Below are positions 33,978-43,932 of a stretch of DNA of 64,000 bases, in pieces. Location of the stretch: the IMG/VR virus record IMGVR_UViG_3300044274_000305; one strand, given 5' to 3'. Below the pieces are notes generated by a model. That model made no database searches. It was not told the DNA's origin and saw only the letters and a program-made list of their open reading frames with translations. A program made the position numbers and the translations under genes. The DNA comes from a virus. The stretch's first letter is position 1. The number at the start of each line of letters is the position of its first letter.

Positions 33978-34226
33978 ATGAAAATCTACCCCGATGAACT
34001 CACCCCAGAATTGCGGGACGCTTTGAGCACGATGCTTTGGACATCGAGCGGAATCGCAACCGCCTTGCGTGCGGATGGCCAAGACATTCCGACGAAGGCC
34101 GAGGACGAACAGGCGCACGTCATTCACTGGTTCATCAATCTCGTTCTTGAGCACGGCGAAAACTGGCGTGAAGTCGTCGGAAAGCGCCTCAAAGAGATCG
34201 CAATGAAGCACGCCCCAGCGGCGTGA
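33978..34226 (+). CDS. hypothetical protein
   Basis: ATG 33978, AGGA SD. Confidence 0.6.
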   Translation: MKIYPDELTPELRDALSTMLWTSSGIATALRADGQDIPTKAEDEQAHVIHWFINLVLEHGENWREVVGKRLKEIAMKHAPAA

Positions 34227-34241
34227 TCACGGAGGCCCATC

Positions 34242-34514
34242 ATGTCCGCCGACCTGCTGAAAGAGCTTGAAGAGACAGAGGCCCGCGCGGCGATGCTTCG
34301 CAGATCTATCGCTGCCGCATCTTGCGCGGAAGTCGGCCACGACTGGAAGCACATTGGCGGCCGCAATGCGGGCTGCAAGCTCGACAAGGATTGCTGCTGT
34401 TCGGTGCCGATTCACGTCTGCACGAAGTGTGGCGATTGCGATTATGGCGACAACGAAGAGGCCGCCGAAAAGATCGCCAAATGCAACGGCGGCGAAGACG
34501 CCGAACATCTGTAA
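34242..34514 (+). CDS. Cys-rich small protein
   Basis: GHDWKH..C...C.C.VP...C.KCGDCDYG. Confidence 0.6.
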   Translation: MSADLLKELEETEARAAMLRRSIAAASCAEVGHDWKHIGGRNAGCKLDKDCCCSVPIHVCTKCGDCDYGDNEEAAEKIAKCNGGEDAEHL

Positions 34515-34548
34515 CAAGGAAGGCCCCTTGGGGCAGAAAGGCAATGAA

Positions 34549-34755
34549 ATGACCCTTCAACCGCACCAACAACGCGTCATCGCAGAGCGCGGCGAACTTG
34601 CTGAACGCCTGGACAAGCTGAACGCTTTCATCGGGGGTGAGCTCTGGCTAAAGTTGCCGGAAGACGAGCGCGATTTGCTCGTTGAGCAGCGCGGCTACAT
34701 GACGGCCTATCTCGGCGTGCTTCAGCGCCGTTCCGCCCGCTTCCTTTCTTTGTGA
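34549..34755 (+). CDS. crAss001_48-like small helical protein
   Basis: QPHQQRVIAERGELAERLDKLNAFI..L..Q...M..Y..VL. Confidence 0.6.
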   Translation: MTLQPHQQRVIAERGELAERLDKLNAFIGGELWLKLPEDERDLLVEQRGYMTAYLGVLQRRSARFLSL

Positions 34756-34769
34756 CTCAGTAGGCCTCC

Positions 34770-35114
34770 ATGACCGATCCGCGAAGACCAATCCGCCGGC
34801 CGGACGAGGACGAACAGGACCGCGTCCGGAACATCGTCCACACTCACTTGCTCGAGGTCACTGCCAAAGGTGCCAAGGCCGTTGGCTGCACCGGTGCGTC
34901 CTTCGTGATGATGGGCATGGGGGTGTGGGCCGCCGAACTCTCCGAGCTTGACCAAAAGGCGACGGCGCAGCTGCTTTCCGCACTTGGCGACCTTTACCAC
35001 CCGGCGTCCAACGATGGACAGAAGCGCCGGGCCGAGAAACGCCGGCGGCAGGCCGTAGAGCGCCTTCATGCCGCTATCGACATAGCAATGGCCACACCTG
35101 GAGGTTCGGCATGA
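34770..35114 (+). CDS. hypothetical protein
   Basis: 114 aa ORF, ATGA-coupled to the next gene. Confidence 0.6.
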   Translation: MTDPRRPIRRPDEDEQDRVRNIVHTHLLEVTAKGAKAVGCTGASFVMMGMGVWAAELSELDQKATAQLLSALGDLYHPASNDGQKRRAEKRRRQAVERLHAAIDIAMATPGGSA

Positions 35115-35584
35115 AGGTAATTATGAAGGCCATCACGGTATGGCAGCCATGGGCAAGCCTGATCACCTGGGGGGTAAAGCCCTACGAATTCCGGTCATGG
35201 CTTGCGCCGGCGTCGCTGGTTGGCCAGCGGATCGCCATCCACGCGGCGGCCAGGAAGGTCAAACGGGACGAAGTCCAAGACCTGGTGCTCCGTCTCAAGG
35301 GCAAAGAGCCATGGTCGACGGCGTTGAAGCCGGAGGCGTTGGAGCTTCTGGAAAAGTGCCTGGTCAACCCGGACATGCTGCCGGTTTCGCACGTGGTCTG
35401 CACCGCAACGCTTGGTGAGCCGGTCCTCGGCCGCGACATCATCCCGGAATTTGGCGGCGTCATCAACGACAGCGACCGCGCGGAGCATAGCAATTGGGGG
35501 TGGCCGATGATCGACGTCGAGCCGCTTGTGCCGCCGGTGCCTGCCAGCGGTCACCAAGGCTTCTGGAACTGGAAACAGGCATGA
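35111..35584 (+). CDS. ASCH-domain protein
   Basis: KAITVWQPWASLI..GVKPYEFRSW..RIAIHA, GHQGFWNW. Confidence 0.85.
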   Translation: MKVIMKAITVWQPWASLITWGVKPYEFRSWLAPASLVGQRIAIHAAARKVKRDEVQDLVLRLKGKEPWSTALKPEALELLEKCLVNPDMLPVSHVVCTATLGEPVLGRDIIPEFGGVINDSDRAEHSNWGWPMIDVEPLVPPVPASGHQGFWNWKQA

Positions 35585-35892
35585 CGAAGCCGGTCCGGAT
35601 CCAGCGCATGCGCACCAAGGGGTGGAACGCGCACGCCGCGGCCGGAAACGGTCTTCCGGTCGCCTATGTCCACCGGCCGCTCCGATGGGGTAACCCTTAC
35701 ACCTTTCCGAAGGGGAACCGGGATGCTCAGGCCCGGGCCGTCGACTGTTTCGAGACCGCGCTGCGCGCCGGCCGCCTGGAGTTCACCTGTGAAGACGTGC
35801 GGCGGGATCTGCGGGGCAAGAATGTCGGCTGCTTCTGCCGTCTTGAGGATCCGTGCCACGGTGACGTACTGCTGAAGATCGCGAATGAGTGA
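35581..35892 (+). CDS. DUF4326-like protein
   Basis: RIQRMRTKGW, YVHRPLRWGNPY, LRGKNVGCFC..DPCHGDVLL. Confidence 0.8.
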   Translation: MTKPVRIQRMRTKGWNAHAAAGNGLPVAYVHRPLRWGNPYTFPKGNRDAQARAVDCFETALRAGRLEFTCEDVRRDLRGKNVGCFCRLEDPCHGDVLLKIANE

Positions 35893-35895
35893 AAT

Positions 35896-36153
35896 ATGTG
35901 TGAAAATATCCGTCTCCGCCTCTTCGTGCGCAGCGAGTCTCTAACGCTGTCGACGAGCATTTCGACGCCAATTCTAGAAGATCGGGCACTTGACTGGCAA
36001 AATGAAGAAAAAAACAATAAAAACAATGAGTTAAACTATATAGAGTTTCTGAAATTCTTGGCAAAAAATGAGGGTTGGGTGTTGCATCCGTATCAGGAGG
36101 AAGCGGCGCGATTGATGTTTCGAGTGTGGGAAAAAACACACATTCGGAGTTGA
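35896..36153 (+). CDS. AT-rich hypothetical protein
   Basis: 85 aa ORF, visibly lower GC than its flanks. Confidence 0.45.
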   Translation: MCENIRLRLFVRSESLTLSTSISTPILEDRALDWQNEEKNNKNNELNYIEFLKFLAKNEGWVLHPYQEEAARLMFRVWEKTHIRS

Positions 36154-36445
36154 CAGTGTGTGAATTTCGAGTCATGGAATCGGTCATACACCAGAATTGC
36201 GAGATCTCCCGAGACGCCAGCCCGTGGGAGCCAGCCCTGTCCGACAGGATGTCGGCGAATTCCCGGTTTGGGCCCCGGGTGAAATCCATGCGAAACGGTC
36301 TTGCTGACCATCTTGGGCACGAAACCTTAAAAGCCCTTGATACGAGAGACCGGAGTAGGCCGTCTGGGGCGGTCCAGACTGCAACGACTGAGTTTATGGT
36401 CGCGACAGCCGGGAGAGACCGGCACTTCAAAACAAGGAGAAGACC

Positions 36446-36664
36446 ATGAATGTCCGCGCAAAGTTTCGTCTCGATCGTCGTGAAGAACATGGCGATGGGT
36501 TCAATCTGACATTTCAGCCCGTCACCGGCGGAAGTCCGGACAACGACAAGTTCTTCAAGTACACCCCGTGGGGTGAGCTGAAGATGGGAACGATCAACGC
36601 CGATGCGGCGATGTCGTTCGAAGTCGGCGGGGAATACTACCTCGATTTCAGCCCGGCAAAATAA
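36446..36664 (+). CDS. conserved phage hypothetical protein
   Basis: VRAKF..FFKYTPWGEL.MGTIN..FEVGGEYYLDF; AGGAG SD. Confidence 0.75.
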   Translation: MNVRAKFRLDRREEHGDGFNLTFQPVTGGSPDNDKFFKYTPWGELKMGTINADAAMSFEVGGEYYLDFSPAK

Positions 36665-37237
36665 GCCAATTCTTGAACGCAGCGCGTGGTCGGTCCGCTG
36701 TTGCGTCTTCGCAGGCTCCTGTTGATCCGTACCGACCGGTAGGGAGCCTGCTAAAGTTTCGCCCGAATGGGCACAAAGACAATGGCGCTGAACGGACAGC
36801 GTGAGTAACGGTACTCCGGAGAAGGTCTTTCATAAATCTGGAATACTGAGAAAGGGCGGTTGACCTACGCCCCTTTGTATTCGCCCGAACGGGTACGTAA
36901 TCCGGAGCAGACGGACAAGGCTCAGGCCCGTGAGAGGGACAGCGGGGAGTGGGAGGCGGTTCACCGTATGGGGGCTGCCGATGACCACCGAAGCGCTCTC
37001 AAGCCGGGGTGGGAAGCGAGTGGTCTAGCTCCGATGGATTGGCCGGCCTAACTGGCAAACGGGTACAGTGCTGTCACCGAGGCCCTTGGTTTCCGGGTTG
37101 ATCGCCGGTCGGAGATTCTGACAGCCGTATTGGCAGAGTAGGGCTATAGGCCCTTGGATGCCTTGGGGATGCGAAACCGGTCATTACGCTGGGTGATGTC
37201 GAAGCCTGGGGGAATACCGGCCCCATTTTCAGTTTCA

Positions 37238-37299
37238 GGCCCCGTGGTGTCGCATCCCAGAACGGGATGGGCCGGGTTCGATACCCGGCCGGGTCTCCA
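37238..37299 (+). ncRNA. D-arm-less tRNA-like element (GAA anticodon position, encoded CCA)
   Basis: T arm ccggg-TTCGATA-cccgg, arm catcc-cagaacg-ggatg, 3' end ccgggtc-t-CCA. Confidence 0.45.
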
Positions 37300-37431
37300 G
37301 ATCAGCGCCACCTCCCGAAGCTCGGCCCAGACGGACGGGGAGCACAAGGCGGTCCTCGTGGTGAAGAGCCATCGTCCGGCGCTGAGGCTGCGCGTAGTCG
37401 GCAATGGGACGAGTAAGGGTCGCAAGTCCGC

Positions 37432-37833
37432 ATGCCAGATGCCTTCCCGTCATTCCGCCGGCAGAAGTTTCCGACGCTCGGATCCAGGAAGATCCGAAAC
37501 GGCCAGGACCGCGACGATTCCGGTGAACGCGGCTATGACAATCGGTGGAACCGGCTCTCTGCCCGATTCGCGAAGCAAAACCCGTTCTGCCGCTTCTGCG
37601 ACCAGGAAGGTTTTGACACCGAACTCGGTCAGGCTCGGGACCACATCATTCCGGTCCGGGACCGGCCTGACCTTCGATTGACCTGGAAGAACGTCCAGAA
37701 CCTCTGCAACTCGCACCATAACGGTGAAAAGCGGAAGTTGGAGGCGATCGCCCGGGCGACCGGCCAGTTGGAGTGCCTGCCCGCGTGGTGCGAGGACATC
37801 GAGTTGCGAAAAAGTATCCTCCGGGGTCGGTAA
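37432..37833 (+). CDS. terminase-associated HNH endonuclease
   Basis: PFCRFC..DHIIP..NVQNLCNSHHN, immediately upstream of terS. Confidence 0.85.
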   Translation: MPDAFPSFRRQKFPTLGSRKIRNGQDRDDSGERGYDNRWNRLSARFAKQNPFCRFCDQEGFDTELGQARDHIIPVRDRPDLRLTWKNVQNLCNSHHNGEKRKLEAIARATGQLECLPAWCEDIELRKSILRGR

Positions 37834-37834
37834 A

Positions 37835-38293
37835 ATGGGTCGAAAACCACTGTCCGACGCGGAGAAGCTGGCCCGCGGCACTCTCGATAACCGGACCTCG
37901 GAAGTGGCTAGGGCGAAAGCCACGGCCAACAAGGTTCATGCTTTCCCGACACTCCGGGAGATCCCGGAACCGACGGTGCCGTTCGCCGAGGACAGTGTCG
38001 GCCGCAAGACCTATGACCGTTGGGCCCGGTTCCTGTTCGATGCCGGTCACCTCACGGTGATCAGCCAAGGATTTGTCGAAAACCTTGCCATGGCAGACCA
38101 GACCATCGCCGCGATGGCCTTGGCTGGGAAACCCGTGCCGGCATCGGTTCTGACACAGCGAAATCGTGCATTGGGTGAGCTCAAAATCCTAGATGTCGAC
38201 CCGAGCCTCACGCCGAACAAGCCGGAAGACAACGTTTTCCGAAAGAACGGTTTCGCGCGACGACTTCGCGCATCTTCCGCCTCTCGTTCTTGA
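37835..38293 (+). CDS. terS: terminase small subunit
   Basis: MGRKP N-terminus; position between HNH and terL. Confidence 0.7.
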   Translation: MGRKPLSDAEKLARGTLDNRTSEVARAKATANKVHAFPTLREIPEPTVPFAEDSVGRKTYDRWARFLFDAGHLTVISQGFVENLAMADQTIAAMALAGKPVPASVLTQRNRALGELKILDVDPSLTPNKPEDNVFRKNGFARRLRASSASRS

Positions 38294-40082
38294 GATTCCG
38301 GACGAGGACGGAGACCTCCAGGAGGAGGAGTTCTTTGATTACCCGGAGATGGCCCGGCTCTATGCCGAAATGGTCATTTCCGAGGAAGTGCCGGCGTGCC
38401 GGTACACCATTCTGGCCTGCAAGCGGTTCGTCCGCATGCTCAAGGCGGCCGAAAAGCCCGGGAACCGGTTCTACTACTCCAAGGAATGGGTGGTCGACTC
38501 GTGTTCCTTCATCGAGAAGCTGGCCCGGCCGGACAGCAACCCGCCGGAGGATATCCGCTTCTTTGTGATCCAGCCGTGCCAGGCGTTTTGGCTGGCGAAC
38601 CTGTTCGGTTTCCGTCGCGGCGAAGGTTATTCGCCTATCGAGCAGGGGGAACGGCTCTTCCGGGAAGTCTACCTCGAAGTTCCGCGCGGTTCGGGTAAGT
38701 CACCCTTCGCCGGCGGCATTTCGATGTTCTGTTGGCTCGAGGAAGGTGCGGGCGGCTCGCAGATCTTCGTTTGCGGCCCGAAAGAGGATCAGGCCAGGTA
38801 CGTTTTCGATCCGATGACGGTCATGGCGGAACATTCGCCCGGGCTGAAGGACCATTACGGTCTGATCGTCACGAAAAAGGGGATCCGGCGATCGGCGAAC
38901 GAGAATTCCAGGGTCCGGATGATCTCCTCGATCGCGGACCGGGAAGACGGCGCCAACCCGCATGTCGTCGTGATGGAAGAGCTTCACGCTCAGGACGAGT
39001 CGCTGTTCAACGTCATGGACTCGTCGCTCGGCAAGCGGCCGAACAACCTGTTCCTGTCGATCACGACGGCCGGGAACAGGGCGACAGGGGTTTGCTACAA
39101 CACCCGCCGGCGCCTGATGCAAATTCTGGAAGGCGTGACGGAAGATGAGAGCTTTTTCGGGGTCATCTACACCCTTGATGACCACGAGATAAAGGACAAG
39201 AAGATTGCCCACGATCCGGCCCGCTGGATCAAGGCAAACCCGATGTGGGGCATCACGCTGGTCCCATCGGCGCTGATGGACCGGTACACCAAGGCGAAGT
39301 CCCAGAGCCCGGCCGCCGTGCTCGAGTTCGAGCGCACCAGGTTGAATATCTGGTCGAACGGCGCCGGTGGTCTTGTGGATCCGGAGAACTGGAAACGGTG
39401 CTTCAATCCGAACCTCAAACGGGAAGACTTCAAGGGTAAGCGGTGCTGGGTCGGCGGCGACTTGGCATCGAAGAACGACATCACTGCCGCCGGCATCATG
39501 TTCAACGAGTACGGCAAGGTTCAGATCTTCAACAGGTACTACATCCCGGAATACTCGAAGGGTTTTGAACACTCCGAAGTCGGGCCGCTGTATCAGGGGT
39601 GGGTCGAATCCGGTCACCTGATCACGACACCCGGGGCGATCACGGATTATGGCTCGATCGAACTGGACATGCGGGAGTGGGCCGAGGAACACGACATGGT
39701 CGTGGCCATGTTCGACCGATATCAGTCGAACCACATCCTCGCCAATCTCTACAACGACGGGCTTCCGGCGATGGATATGAGCTCTGGGATCCAGACTATC
39801 TCGGACCCGGCCAAGGACTTTTTTGCCCTTATTGAGGGCGGGATCCTGGAACATGACGGCCATCCGGTCACGGAGTGGATGGCCATGAACGTCGTCGGCT
39901 ATGTCGACAGCAGGTCGAACCTTCTGCCGAAGAAGGATGACCCGAATTCACCATTCAAGATTGATGGCATCTCCGCTCTGATCGCCGCGAACACAGCCCG
40001 GCTCGATTTGCAGCTGAATGTAGAGACGAAGCAGCCTGACATCTATGAGAAGCGCGGCCTAATCGGAGCGGATGATGACTGA
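38193..40082 (+). CDS. terL: terminase large subunit
   Basis: EVPRGSGKS Walker A, VVMEELH, SITTAG, GGDLAS, KIDGISALI; start uncertain. Confidence 0.9.
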   Translation: MSTRASRRTSRKTTFSERTVSRDDFAHLPPLVLEIPDEDGDLQEEEFFDYPEMARLYAEMVISEEVPACRYTILACKRFVRMLKAAEKPGNRFYYSKEWVVDSCSFIEKLARPDSNPPEDIRFFVIQPCQAFWLANLFGFRRGEGYSPIEQGERLFREVYLEVPRGSGKSPFAGGISMFCWLEEGAGGSQIFVCGPKEDQARYVFDPMTVMAEHSPGLKDHYGLIVTKKGIRRSANENSRVRMISSIADREDGANPHVVVMEELHAQDESLFNVMDSSLGKRPNNLFLSITTAGNRATGVCYNTRRRLMQILEGVTEDESFFGVIYTLDDHEIKDKKIAHDPARWIKANPMWGITLVPSALMDRYTKAKSQSPAAVLEFERTRLNIWSNGAGGLVDPENWKRCFNPNLKREDFKGKRCWVGGDLASKNDITAAGIMFNEYGKVQIFNRYYIPEYSKGFEHSEVGPLYQGWVESGHLITTPGAITDYGSIELDMREWAEEHDMVVAMFDRYQSNHILANLYNDGLPAMDMSSGIQTISDPAKDFFALIEGGILEHDGHPVTEWMAMNVVGYVDSRSNLLPKKDDPNSPFKIDGISALIAANTARLDLQLNVETKQPDIYEKRGLIGADDD

Positions 40083-41439
40083 CACGCTGGCCACGCTCGA
40101 ATTTCTCCGGTCTACCATTCCGCCGCAGGAGAAAGGCATCCCGATCACCGCCACGGCGAACCAGATGGCGAGCCTGGTCCACCTCCTCGGTTTCCAGACA
40201 TGGATCAGCGAGGAAAACCCTCTGAAACTTGAGGAAGCGCTTCGGCTATCCGCGGTGAGCATCTGCGCCGACGTGATTTCTCAGGACTTCGCGAAAACGC
40301 CGCTTTACCTGAAGCAGTGGATCACCCCGCAAGCCTCCGAGCGGGTGCAGGGCCATTGGCTCTCGGATCTCTTCGACACCGAGCCGAACGAGGATCATAC
40401 CTGGTACGAACTGAAGCTGATGATCATGCTTCATCTCGTTTTCGTGCAGAATTCGTTCATGGTGAAGAATATCCGCCGTGACGGCAGGGTGGAGGAAATC
40501 ATCCCGGTGCTGCCGGGCCGGGTCCGGATCCTCGTCGACGAGCAGATCAACGAATATGTCTATGAGGTGTGGCACGATACCCCTCATGAGCGGGCCTTGC
40601 TGGACGGCATCGACCTGGATGACAAGCAGCGGACCTATTTCCGCAAGGAACAGATCATCCACCTCCGGTCCCGGATGATCGACGGGCTTTACGGATATTC
40701 CAACCTGGTCGCCGGTGCGAGCTCGATGGGTCTGTTCAAGGCCATCACTGACTATCAGACCAGGCTCTACAAGACGGACGCTTCGCTTCGCGGCGTATTC
40801 CAGAAGAAGGATGAAGCCCCGCTCTCCGAAGAGGCTTACAAGCGCCTTCGGCAGCAGATGGCAGAGGCCATGACGCAGCTCCGGGATAAGGGAAAGCCGA
40901 TCGTCCTGGAGCAGGGCATGGAGTTCAACAAGATCGCGATGAACGCGGACCAGGCCGAGGCGGTCAAGGGTCGCGATCAGGCGATTGTCGACGTGTGCCG
41001 GCTGTTTCGGATCCCGCCGCACAAGGCGATGCACCTCATCAACGTGAAATACGAGAATATGGAAACGCTGGAGAAGAGCTACCTCAGCGACACCATGGTT
41101 CCGTATTTTGTGAACGTCGAGGAGCGGCTGAAGCGCGACCTCCTCGTCAGCCGTGCTGACCGGGCCCGGTATTTCCCGTGGTTCGATCGTGAGGCGATCG
41201 AGCTTCATGATCCGGAGAAGCAGGCGAAGGTCATTGAGACGATGATCAAACACGGTGCGATGACGGTTGATGAAGCCCGCCACCGCCGCGGCATGAACCC
41301 GCTCCCCAACGGTGCCGGCAAGGCTCGGCTCATTCCCTCGACTTACACCCTGATCGGCGAAAACGGCGAAGTTCTGGTCCAGGCAGCCGGTCAATCCAAC
41401 GACTCTGGAACTGCAGAGGAAACCGAAGATGGCAAGTAA
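40072..41439 (+). CDS. HK97-family portal protein
   Basis: EPNEDH, IIHLRS, VLEQGMEF, CRLFRIPPH, MTVDEAR. Confidence 0.9.
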   Translation: MMTDTLATLEFLRSTIPPQEKGIPITATANQMASLVHLLGFQTWISEENPLKLEEALRLSAVSICADVISQDFAKTPLYLKQWITPQASERVQGHWLSDLFDTEPNEDHTWYELKLMIMLHLVFVQNSFMVKNIRRDGRVEEIIPVLPGRVRILVDEQINEYVYEVWHDTPHERALLDGIDLDDKQRTYFRKEQIIHLRSRMIDGLYGYSNLVAGASSMGLFKAITDYQTRLYKTDASLRGVFQKKDEAPLSEEAYKRLRQQMAEAMTQLRDKGKPIVLEQGMEFNKIAMNADQAEAVKGRDQAIVDVCRLFRIPPHKAMHLINVKYENMETLEKSYLSDTMVPYFVNVEERLKRDLLVSRADRARYFPWFDREAIELHDPEKQAKVIETMIKHGAMTVDEARHRRGMNPLPNGAGKARLIPSTYTLIGENGEVLVQAAGQSNDSGTAEETEDGK

Positions 41440-42490
41440 CCGTCCCTCGCTTGACGAGATCCTTGAGAAGCGGTCCGGAAGCATCGTTTCTACCGATCGC
41501 GGCGACGCCGTGGTCAAGACATTCAAACAGCCGGTGAGCTGGAACGCCGAGCAACGCTCGGCCCGGTTCGTCATGTCCGGACAGGCCACGGACCGTATGG
41601 GCGACATCGTCCGCACCAACGGCATCGACACCGCGGATTTTGAGAAAAACCCGGTGATGCTTTTGTTCCATAGCTCCCGGTCGTGGCCGGTCGGGCAGTG
41701 GTCTGATCTTGCGAAAGTCGCCGGATCCAAGCCGCGGCTCGAAGGCACTGCCCGGTTCCTGGAGGAGGGCCTGCTCGAAGAGGCTGACAAAGCCGCCAAG
41801 CTGGTCGGCGCCGGCGTTCTTCGGGCCTGCTCCATCGGTTTCATGCCGAAGGATTGGGAGTGGATCCTCGACAAGGACGGCCGGAACACCTGGGGCATCG
41901 ACTTCAAGGAAAGTGAGCTGATCGAGTGCTCCATCGTACCGGTACCGGCGCACCCCGCCGCTCTGGTGAAGCATGCCGGCGGCGATATGGCCCTGTGCAA
42001 GGACTTCCTGGAGGAAGTTCTCGACGAGTGGGCCAAGACCCCGGATGGCCTGATCGTTCCCAGGTCCGAATATGCGAAAGAGTATTTCGCCATTCAGGCC
42101 AAGGAAGGCCCGGTCACCATGACCGTCGGCGGCAAGACCTTCGAGGCGGTGATTACCGAGCAGCCCGAGGAAGAGGCCCCCGTCGACCTCGATGTTCAGC
42201 GGACGGCACAGGATGCCGTCGAGCGCGAGCTCGAGACGATCACCCTCGGCATCAAGGTCGATGCTGCTTCGGTGGAGCGCGCTGGCGAAGAGGCTACGCA
42301 GAGCGTCCTCGACATCATCATGAAGAACCTCTCTTCGCTCTTCAAAGCTGAGCCGGTCCAGAAAACGGAACCGGTGATTGACGAGCCGGATCCAGAACCG
42401 GAACCGGTCCTCGCATCTCCCGAGAAGATCGCGGAGATGAAGGCCCGCATCGCTGATGTGAGGGCCAAGCTCCCCGGAGCTACCACGTAA
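41429..42490 (+). CDS. HK97-family prohead protease
   Basis: DRMGDIV, NPVMLLFH, CSIGF, ELIECSIVPVPAHP. Confidence 0.9.
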   Translation: MASNRPSLDEILEKRSGSIVSTDRGDAVVKTFKQPVSWNAEQRSARFVMSGQATDRMGDIVRTNGIDTADFEKNPVMLLFHSSRSWPVGQWSDLAKVAGSKPRLEGTARFLEEGLLEEADKAAKLVGAGVLRACSIGFMPKDWEWILDKDGRNTWGIDFKESELIECSIVPVPAHPAALVKHAGGDMALCKDFLEEVLDEWAKTPDGLIVPRSEYAKEYFAIQAKEGPVTMTVGGKTFEAVITEQPEEEAPVDLDVQRTAQDAVERELETITLGIKVDAASVERAGEEATQSVLDIIMKNLSSLFKAEPVQKTEPVIDEPDPEPEPVLASPEKIAEMKARIADVRAKLPGATT

Positions 42491-42518
42491 TTCCTGACCC
42501 GATCGGATCAGGTGAGCC

Positions 42519-42540
42519 GGCGCCGCGAGGCGCCTTTTTT
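42519..42540 (+). terminator. intrinsic terminator-like hairpin between protease and capsid genes
   Basis: ggcgcc-gcga-ggcgcc-tttttt. Confidence 0.55.
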
Positions 42541-42562
42541 ATTGGTGCAAAAGGAGATCCCC

Positions 42563-43864
42563 ATGAAGCACCTCGAAACCCTCCGCGCCTCGCTTCAGGA
42601 AAAGAACCAGGCGCTCGACACTCTCCAGAAGAAAGACAGCCTCACCGAGGCCGATCTGACTTCCATGGAAACTCTGATCGGCGAGATTGAAAAACTCGGC
42701 AAGCAGATCGAGACCATGGAGAAGGCGCAGAAAATCAGCGCCGCCAATGCCAACCCGGCCGACGGTTCTGTGAAGCAGAATACCGTGCCGGCGGCTGTGG
42801 AAACCAAGCCGGATACCTTCAAGTCCTTCGGTGAGCAGCTTTCGGCAATCGCCCATGCCGGCATGAATGAGGGTGCCGGAGCACAGCGCGATCCGCGCTT
42901 GATTTGGCAGAAGTCTTCTGGTGCCAACGAAGCGGTACCGTCCGAAGGCGGTTTTCTTGTGCAGACCGATTTCGCCACCGAGATCATCAAGCATGCGCAT
43001 GATATGGGTGAGATCTCGAGCCGGGCCCGCCGCATTCCGATCTCGGAAAACTCCAACGGCATCAAACTGCCAGCGGTTGACGAGGACTCCCGTGTTGACG
43101 GTTCCCGCTGGGGTGGCGTGCGCACGTATTGGGCGAACGAAGGCGAAACGGTCGATCCGAGCAAACCGAAGTTCCGCACCATCGAGCTGCGCCTGAACAA
43201 GCTCATGGGCGTTGCTTACGCCACTGATGAGCTCCTTGCCGACACTGTCGCCATGGAAGCACTCTTCCGGCAGGCTTTCGCCGAGGAAATCAACTTCTCG
43301 ACGGAAGACGCGTTCGTCAACGGCGATGGTGCCGGCAAGCCGCTCGGCTTCATCAACTCCGGCGCGCTGATCACCGTCACACCCGAGTCCGGCCAGGGCT
43401 CGGCAACGCTGGTCCGTCAGAACGTCTACAACATGTGGAACCGCATGCCGATGCGGAGCCGCCGCAACGCGGTCTGGCTGATCAACGACGAACTGGAGCC
43501 GCAGCTCTACGATCTGCGCACTGCCGGTGACATTGGTCTGCTGTATCACGCACCTGGTCAAAACGCCGCGACGCCGGCCAACGACGCGTATGGCCGTCTC
43601 TTCACCCGCCCGGTCATTCCGATCGAGCAGTCCGCCGCTGCGGGCAGCGTCGGCGACATGATGCTGGTCGACATGAGCCAGTATCTCTACACCGACAAGG
43701 GTGGCGCGAACTGGAACCAGTCCATGCACGTCCGGTTCCTCTTCGACGAGATGACCTTCAAGATCACGTATCGCGTTGATGGTCAGCCGGCCTGGAAGAA
43801 GCCGCTTACCCCGGCCAATGGGTCCAACACCAAGTCGCCGTTCGTCGCTCTCGGCGCCCGGTAA
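42563..43864 (+). CDS. HK97-fold major capsid protein
   Basis: Delta-domain coiled coil, SEGGFLV, NGDGAGKPLG, SMHVRFLFDE..RVDGQP. Confidence 0.95.
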   Translation: MKHLETLRASLQEKNQALDTLQKKDSLTEADLTSMETLIGEIEKLGKQIETMEKAQKISAANANPADGSVKQNTVPAAVETKPDTFKSFGEQLSAIAHAGMNEGAGAQRDPRLIWQKSSGANEAVPSEGGFLVQTDFATEIIKHAHDMGEISSRARRIPISENSNGIKLPAVDEDSRVDGSRWGGVRTYWANEGETVDPSKPKFRTIELRLNKLMGVAYATDELLADTVAMEALFRQAFAEEINFSTEDAFVNGDGAGKPLGFINSGALITVTPESGQGSATLVRQNVYNMWNRMPMRSRRNAVWLINDELEPQLYDLRTAGDIGLLYHAPGQNAATPANDAYGRLFTRPVIPIEQSAAAGSVGDMMLVDMSQYLYTDKGGANWNQSMHVRFLFDEMTFKITYRVDGQPAWKKPLTPANGSNTKSPFVALGAR

Positions 43865-43932
43865 GTCCTGATCGGCCGGCAGGGGCGGCTGCCGGTCCTT
43901 CTTCAAATCCCTGAAATCAAGGAGTGCTCGAA

